Shown in pieces: positions 56,263 to 64,000 of a stretch of 64,000 bases of DNA. The notes below the pieces were generated by a model that was not told the origin of the DNA, made no database searches, and saw nothing but the letters and a program-made list of their open reading frames with translations. Source of the DNA: Octopus bimaculoides (Eukaryota); the NCBI RefSeq assembly GCF_001194135.2, contig NC_068981.1, forward strand, positions 93,218,519-93,282,518, in the 5' to 3' direction. A program made the translations under genes and the position numbers. Every line of letters begins with the position of its first letter. The stretch's first letter is position 1.

Positions 56263-56803
56263 AGAAGGAGGAGGAGGAGGAGGAGAAGAAGAAGAAGAAG
56301 AAGAAGAAGAAGAAGAAGAAGAAGAAGAAGAAGAAGAAGAAGAAGAAAAAGAAGAAGAAGAAGAAGAAGAAAAAGAAGAAGTAGAAAAAGAAAAAAAAGA
56401 AGGAGGAGGAGGAGAAGAAGAAGAAGAAAAAGAAGAATAAAAGAAGAAGAAGAAGAAGAAGAAGAAGAAGAAGAAGAAGAAGAAGAAGAAGAAGAAGAAG
56501 AAAAAGAAGAAGAAGAAGAAGAAAAAGAAGAAGAAAAAGAAGAAGAAGAAGAAGAAAAAGAAGAAGAAGAAGAAGAAGGAGAAGAAGAAGAAGAAGAAGA
56601 AAAAGAAAAAGAAGAAGAAGAAAAAGAAGAAGAAGAAGAAAAAGAAGAAGAAGAAGAAGAAGAAGAAGAAAAAGAAAAAGAAGAAGAAAAAGAAGGAGAA
56701 GAAGAAAAAGAAGAAGAAGAAGAAGAAGAAGAAGAAGAAGAAGAAGAAGAAGAAGAAGAAGAAAAAGAAGAAGAAGAAGAAGAAGAAGAAGAAGAAGAAG
56801 AGG
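56263..56803. repeat. ~540 nt (GAA/GGA/AAA)n polypurine tract
   Basis: Only two pyrimidines seen on the + strand across the tract. Confidence 0.95.
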
Positions 56804-57624
56804 TGGTTGTTTTTGTGAATCAACGTGGGTTGTGGCAGTTGAAAAGATTTAAGCGAGTTTATCCACGTGGTTAATTATGGTACTATATAAAGTAGTTGAC
56901 TTCAGTTTGTTTTCAATTTGCTTCACTTGGTAAACAATTCTTTTGACCATCAGAATTATGAGGCATAGATATTCTGATGTTGACAAAGAAGGAATCATGA
57001 TTAAGTGAGAACGTCGATTTCACTGTCAAATCAGTTCAGATAACTGTGGACGAGTTGTACATCCTGTATGTACATACGTACATGCATACACACATACAAA
57101 CATACATACATACATACATACATACATGCATACATACATACATACATACATACATACATACATACATACATACATACATGCATGTATACATACATACATA
57201 CATAAGTGTGAATGCAAATCTTTAACTCATACGCTACAAATGATCTCGATATCTAAGATTAAGAAAATCTGCTTGACCTACTTAAGATTTAATGAATGAT
57301 GGTAAAAAGAAGATACTTTCCCTCACACCTTGCTACCAAGTAGGCGGCTGGTCAAAATTTACTTTAAAGAGAATGAAAACAACATACACACACATACACA
57401 CAAGTGCATACATACATACATACATTAAAAAAAGTTTATCATTTACATATATAAATATATATATATCTAAATATATATATATAATTTGAATATATGTCTA
57501 CACATGCAAGAGAATATGTACATAAATACATAAAGAGAATAGATATATGCAAGAGAATACATACATAAAGCAAAACATACAAAACTGCACGTATACATAC
57601 ATACATACATACATACATACATAC

Positions 57625-57736
57625 AAAAATACCCTGTTATTGAAATTGAAATTACAATGAAAGACCCTTGGATCTAGGTTAGAAACCGGCTCTTTCTCTA
57701 TTGGCAAGAAATCTTGAAATAAAAATGAATAATGAC
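57625..57736. repeat. ~110 bp dispersed repeat embedded in (TACA)n, copy 2
   Basis: Match to 8624-8733. Confidence 0.7.
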
Positions 57737-58859
57737 ATACATACATATATCAAAACATGCATACATACATACATACATACATACATACATACATAAGCCA
57801 ATGATACCAGTTGTAGTGATTTTTCTGCCCTTTAACTAAATGTGCTTGTTTTAACATAAACATCTGACAGAAACATTACTGGGCAGCGTTAGTTGACAAT
57901 CTCAACTTGTCGCTGGCATTCTGTTTTCTTAACTTACGGAGGGAGTACATGGCGTATGATCTCAGAAGGTAAAGTACCAAAATTATATAGCGTCAGACAC
58001 TTTACTCGATGTTCTAACAATTCTGCCAATTTAAAGCCCTTTTTACAAGAAAACCAATATCTTGAATTTGCCTACAATAATAAAACATACATTAAAAAAT
58101 GTGTTATTTACTAAAATAATCTATTTTGACTACCCTATATAACAACACAAGTTACATCTTTCACTATTTTCTGAGAGGCATAACAATACAAAGGTATTGT
58201 TTATATGGTTCGTTACGGTTTTAACAAGACCTTTAGATGTATGAGTATTCAAGTGCGAAATAGAGTGAGAAATATTCTCGATACTTTTCTAACGATATTT
58301 CAAGAATTATAGGAAAGCCCAATATACATGACAATTTATTGTTTTCGAAAACCTTTGAACATTTCTGGTAACTAAAAACAAAAACAAATATCTCAGAAAT
58401 GTACGAGCACATTGTTCCTTTATTTTTTCGATTACAATATTTTGTTATAAATAAAGTTGTATCTTAACTAAATTCATATCAAACCTGACTCGGCAAAAGC
58501 AATGATCAAAGGCTTTCAAACAGTCATGCGCTCGTCTTTTTATGTCATAATGTATACATGACAATATTTATTTTCTATACCATTTTTATTGCAAGATGCG
58601 ATTTTAAGGAGAACTGACTGTTATTTTTAGCAACTTAAACGACTACCCAGGAGCAATTTTTATGGCTCTTTTTCTATTGTATTTGGTGAATAGTACTAAC
58701 GCTACATATTAGATAATCTTTTGATCCTTATTGGGTACCGAGAATACTTCACAAACTATATTTCATTCTCAATACATTCTTCATTTACTCCCACAACCCA
58801 TTCCACCCTATAACCTACGCACGCATCGAAAGACACATTTTGGGCATTTTGTTCGGTTT

Positions 58860-58975
58860 TTTTTATGCTCTGTGTTCAAATTCCGCGAAACTATGGAGGG
58901 ACCGATATAATTAACTAATTTCCTCCTACCAAAATTGCTGAACTTATGCCAACATTCTAAACCATTAATACTATT
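58860..58975 (+). mobile_element. SINE family A, internally deleted remnant
   Basis: gctctgtgttcaaattccgcg...accgatataatt...aaaattgctgaacttatgccaacattctaaacc. Confidence 0.55.
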
Positions 58976-59104
58976 AGAACACTAATTCTTTTATTCGAAC
59001 TGGTATCTTCATTTTGTTTGTAATATTCGTGGAATTTAACCTGCAGAACCCTTCAGATGATCGAAGTTTGTAATGTTAAATGTGGTGCTTTCTCAAACTT
59101 CTAG

Positions 59105-59178
59105 AATCTCACGGTGGTGCACCAGCATGACCGCAGCCACTTGGCTGAAACCCATAAATAAATAAATAAATAAATAAA
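59105..59178 (+). mobile_element. SINE family B, 3' tail fragment
   Basis: cggtggtgcaccagcatgaccgcagcc...ctgaaacc followed by (TAAA)n. Confidence 0.6.
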
Positions 59179-59321
59179 TCTTCTTCCCCTCTTGTTCGTA
59201 TCAGGGATATTCTCTCTAATTATTCTACAACTTGGGATGACGCTTGTCTCTTAAACTTTAACCACATTAAATATCTTGAACTGTCTCGCTAACCTAGTGC
59301 GTTATCTCTTCTTATTTTCAG

Positions 59322-59336
59322 GTTGAAAATGTTTAG
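59322..59336 (+). other. Candidate 15-nt microexon
   Basis: ctaac branch point (59289-59293), ttatctcttcttattttcag| acceptor and TAG|gtgaga donor. Confidence 0.25.
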
Positions 59337-60817
59337 GTGAGAAATTTGATTAACATTTTCCTCTACAATTATTTAAATACTACTAACATTCAATTAGGTG
59401 GCATTATTTTTTACTTGCTCCAATAGATGAATTCAATTTTACAGTATATATTTATGAATACAAAATTTGAGATAGTATTTGTTACTGTGAATGGTTAATT
59501 GATATTCAATGAGTTAATGAAATTATGAATAATCTAAACTTTGATAAAAAATAAAATATAATTTGAGCTACACGTTTTCTTTCTTATGAATTTGTAATTT
59601 AATGACCTTTATTTTTCTCTGAAGACGTTCGTAGTTGAGAAGAAATTAAATACATTGTTTGGATATGATAATTTAATATCAAGAACTAATAAGGTAATTT
59701 TCCCAGTATTGTTAGCATCATCAGTTATCTTCGTAAAGTCTCAAATAACGATAACTAAGATACTTTCAGATTCTTGATATTGCTTGGTGCAATCTATATG
59801 CAATATAAAATATATTGTACAATGCACCACAATATCAGGCATCTTCATTAATATTTGAGCACATGTTTGAACATTTACTTTGGATATGAAAAGTGGATGT
59901 TCTTTTTTTTTTGTTTTTTCATGTAATATCGTATTCTAGAATCTCACAGCAGATAGATAAATTATTGAGCTCATTTCATAATAACACTGCAAACACATGT
60001 ACAGACGTTTCCTCCCAACTTACTGTTATAAAATTGTTTATAACATAACCAAAAATTTAGAGGACGCCTATTCCTCTAAATTATTATATCGACTTAGTTG
60101 GCAGTTTGTAATTCATTCCATTCTCTGAGGGATGAAAACAAACTTATAGAAGCCCAGATGCCAGAACGTCTGCTAACACCAATAATATAATTTCAGATTG
60201 TTTGCAAAATATTTTGACCTGTTGTAGCGTGAAATCTGTTTACCATGCTGTTTCCCTATTACAACACCACAATGTTTCAGTCATTTAGCGTCGTTTTATC
60301 AATAATGTTATTAACCATTTTTATTACATTTTTTCACTTACTGTGTTTGGCATTGTCTGTCTTTCACACAACGTCGATAGAATTATTAGCGGCTAAGTGC
60401 AGTTAATTAACTGTGGTCTCTTCATACTCCGTGGAATTTTTACAACGGGGGAAATCAATATTATTTTCTTAATATTTTCTTAATATTTTTGGCTTAGAAA
60501 ATTTGCCAATATATGTTTTCCTGGAAGCAAACTGAAATATCTCTGACTACTTGACTTGGGTTTATTATGTTTAAACTAGTTTCTTTCGTCAGTTATATGG
60601 GTGTAATTAACTTTAAGTTCTTGAATCAATACAACTGAAAATTGCACCAACCGACTTCGAGTTTCCTGGCAGCAAATAGGTAAGCAAGAGCGCATACCTT
60701 CACATGCTGACGTGAATATCTGAGAAATGTAAATATAATGCAAGATTGAGATATACCGCATACTGCCATTGAATATAATGAACAATATCTACTACTCACA
60801 CATGTACACATAAATAA

Positions 60818-60860
<43 letters not shown>

Positions 60861-60862
60861 TA

Positions 60863-61060
60863 CAGGGATTAGCAATTGAGTTGCTTCTCCAACATACTGA
60901 AAATTTAGAAATAGCAGTCAAAGAACTACTGATTCCAAACTATGTTTACGCTTTTCCCTCCGGTTTTTTGTTCTATGTGTGCCATAAATATCGCCATCCA
61001 CTTTGGAGAAAATTTGTAGTTTGGAATCAGTAGTTCTTTGACTGCTATTTCTAAATTTTC
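60863..61060. mobile_element. Tc1/mariner-type MITE truncated by a gap
   Basis: Starts TA|CAGGG at the edge of (TA)n. Perfect 44-bp inverted repeat 60899-60942 / 61017-61060, with the right arm running into the N-run. Confidence 0.7.
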
Positions 61061-62192
61061 NNNNNNNNNNNNNNNNNNNNNNNNNNNNNNNNNNNNNNNN
61101 NNNNNNNNNNNNNNNNNNNNNNNNNNNNNNNNNNNNNNNNNNNNNNNNNNNNNNNNNNNNNNNNNNNNNNNNNNNNNNNNNNNNNNNNNNNNNNNNNNNN
61201 NNNNNNNNNNNNNNNNNNNNNNNNNNNNNNNNNNNNNNNNNNNNNNNNNNNNNNNNNNNNNNNNNNNNNNNNNNNNNNNNNNNNNNNNNNNNNNNNNNNN
61301 NNNNNNNNNNNNNNNNNNNNNNNNNNNNNNNNNNATATATATATATATATATATATATATAGCAAAGTCCAACATATGCCGGTACCACTCAGTCTTTAAA
61401 TCCTCATTTAATCCATACCACAAGAAATATCCATCCCATTTAATATAACAAGACGTTTGTGCAATTTGTTCAGAAAAAAAAACTAGATGAGAGAGAAAGA
61501 CAGAGACAAATGGAAAACCTAAATATATCCCTCCAGAAAGGAATCTTAATAATTACATCCGCGACAACGGCAAAACAATATATATGCAAAGATGTATTTT
61601 GTGAACGACCTTATTGTGACTTTTCAATACTTTATCTTTTAAGTAATTTTTTTCTTTCTACTATACTTTTATTCGTATAGAAACGTTGAATGCTGTATCA
61701 TAACTTACCACTGTAATTATTTGTTGGCGGTACATATTTTCTCGTCAAAATACCTCCTTTTTCATATAGATCTGAAATGGAAAACAAATTGAACTTCAGT
61801 TAGTCTATCACCAAAACTAACACCAAACTTAGCTAAACATATGCAAGTATTATTTGCTCTCAATTGCAATATCTATAAGAGATCGTATCCAGTTCATATA
61901 AAACAACTTGATATATTCGTCTGCGAGGTAAAATTATCACCATACAATATTTAATACCTCATTTTTTAATACAATGTTTCTATTGATCTTTATCTATAAA
62001 TACTACAGAATTTATGGCAATGGAATAGGTCTTCGGAAAAATTATCATATTTAGTGAGTAATCTTTAAAAATATATGACGCCAAACGCATATATTTTTAA
62101 AGCAATAGTCCCATATGAATAGGAAAATGTAAACACATATTTTAATGCTTTGCGCCTTGCTATACTTATATGCATAAATATTATAGTATATG

Positions 62193-62330
<138 letters not shown>

Positions 62331-62930
62331 TTATATACATGTGTGTAGATATAGATAGATAGAGTGAGAGAGAGAAAGAGAGATATAAGCATATATATTT
62401 ATATCAACTATTATTTGTAATGTAACGGTAGTAAACTCAGTCAATAATACATTTTTTCATAGTGTAAATAGTATCTATTTGGAACTCAATAGCTGAATAT
62501 GCCGTGTAGAACAGTTGGATATCTATTATCAAAGTTGACAGTCTACTTGGAGTTGCAACATTGGCTGTGCCGTTCACTACTCTCGGGAACAGATTAGCCT
62601 AGCGTGAATCCAGCTAAATGTAAAATCAACCAATAGGTGTATCTCAAAGGAGACTATCAATTACTGTTTGCCTGCTCAGGTCACATGTATGTTTCAACTA
62701 TTTAGCGACATCATCTGTTTCATTGCATAGCCACGTTGTAGATCAGGCAGTACATTGGCTTCGGTTAATCAGCATTCTGTAGCGTGTGATATTTCAGCAG
62801 CCGGTTTGATGTGAGGTTACATATCGCTTTGGGAGAAAAACACGTCTACCGGCTGATCTTTCTACTGACCGTTGTAAGGAGACCAGCTGGACCTGGGATG
62901 TTCTATCTGGGTTATCATCAGGTCAACTGA

Positions 62931-63293
62931 CCAGCCCAGAGAACGTTTCTGAAGGTAGCCTATAATGACAACCTCAGATACAAAGTCCTTGATGTCGAGC
63001 CGATAGTCAGTAGAACTGTATTACCAGGAAACAAATTTAACACCAACTGTCCATATTCGAAAGAAGTGGAAGATGTGGTGAAGAATGCCAGATCAGGATC
63101 ATCTCCTGGCCCAAGAGTTATAACTTATAGAGTATACAAGAAACGCCCACTGCTCCTCTGGGGGCGGTGGGCGCTGTTCCGAAAGATCTGGAGAAAGCGG
63201 AACATTTCACCATTCTGGAAGAAGGCGGAAGGATGGTTCGTGGTAAAAGAAGAAATTTCCTCATTTGAAAATAGGACTTTTTCAGGAATATAA
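62931..63293 (+). mobile_element. R2-group (HERO-like) RT N-terminal fragment
   Basis: Open frame LKVAYNDNLR...KEVEDVVKNARSGSSPGPRVITYRVYKKRP...IWRKRNISPFWKKAEGWFVVKEE (cf. KARS.SAPGP.GV.Y.VYK.CP...W..AEG..IPKEE). Confidence 0.75.
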
Positions 63294-63473
63294 GTAAAAT
63301 TTGGGGTGGGAGTACACATCTGTAGATATGTCGTTTACATCAGGTCATTCCATAAAAAATGTCGGAAATATAATATATGTAATTTCTATCAAATTTTACA
63401 GTATTCTAAAATATGAAATGATTGATACGCATATAAATTTGGAAACCTTGATATATGTTATACTTTATTACAG

Positions 63474-63494
63474 GTGATTGTTATAGCGAGAAAG
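63474..63494 (+). other. Candidate 21-nt microexon
   Basis: atactttattacag| acceptor and AAG|gtatga donor. Open in phase 0 (VIVIARK) and in phase 2. Confidence 0.3.
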
Positions 63495-63906
63495 GTATGA
63501 TTATCATTAAGGGTGTTAAATGACAAAATATTTTTATTAACAAATTATATCAAAAATTAAATGTCTCTAATAACACTCTATGTACAAAGACTTAAACAAA
63601 ACATACTGCACATAAAATTGTCTTTCAATGTGTGTCAATATTTGCGGTAGAACCAAATATACGATATCTTAAAACGTTTCCGCGATTTAGATTGATAAAG
63701 AGAAAATATCTCAATGATTTATAACACATAATCGCTCAAATAACGCATAGATGTGGGCTTGGGTTAAATGTACGGTACAATGGTATGTTAATTTCAGAAA
63801 CGTGTTTTCGTACATACGTACATGCATACATACATACATGCATACACACATACAAGCATACACACATACATACATACATACATACATACATACATACACG
63901 TATATG

Positions 63907-64000
<94 letters not shown>

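Overview
AT-rich eukaryotic scaffold with 12 N-gaps and dense microsatellites. The SINE families and repeat landscape look like a coleoid cephalopod, probably Octopus (inference from recalled families, not a database match). No host protein-coding gene is recognisable, so the window reads as a very large intron or intergenic region built from decayed transposons: Penelope-like GIY-YIG, CR1-like, Tx1/L1-like, R2-group (HERO-like and R4/Dong-like), hAT, mariner/pogo, MITEs, a possible solo LTR and many tRNA-derived SINEs. Almost all ORFs in the supplied track are microsatellite or gap artefacts. The most interesting signals are four minimal type-I hammerhead ribozyme motifs. Three copies carry a variant CCGAUGA core: two form a fold-back palindrome at 8.76-8.93 kb and one lies at 13.0 kb, downstream of the Penelope ORF. 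The fourth sits in an element at 34.7-35.2 kb that joins a tRNA-derived Pol III head to a hammerhead tail and also has a fold-back 5' junction. An Illumina adapter remnant at 24592-24608 marks an assembly artefact. A few short candidate exons with good splice signals lie on the + strand.
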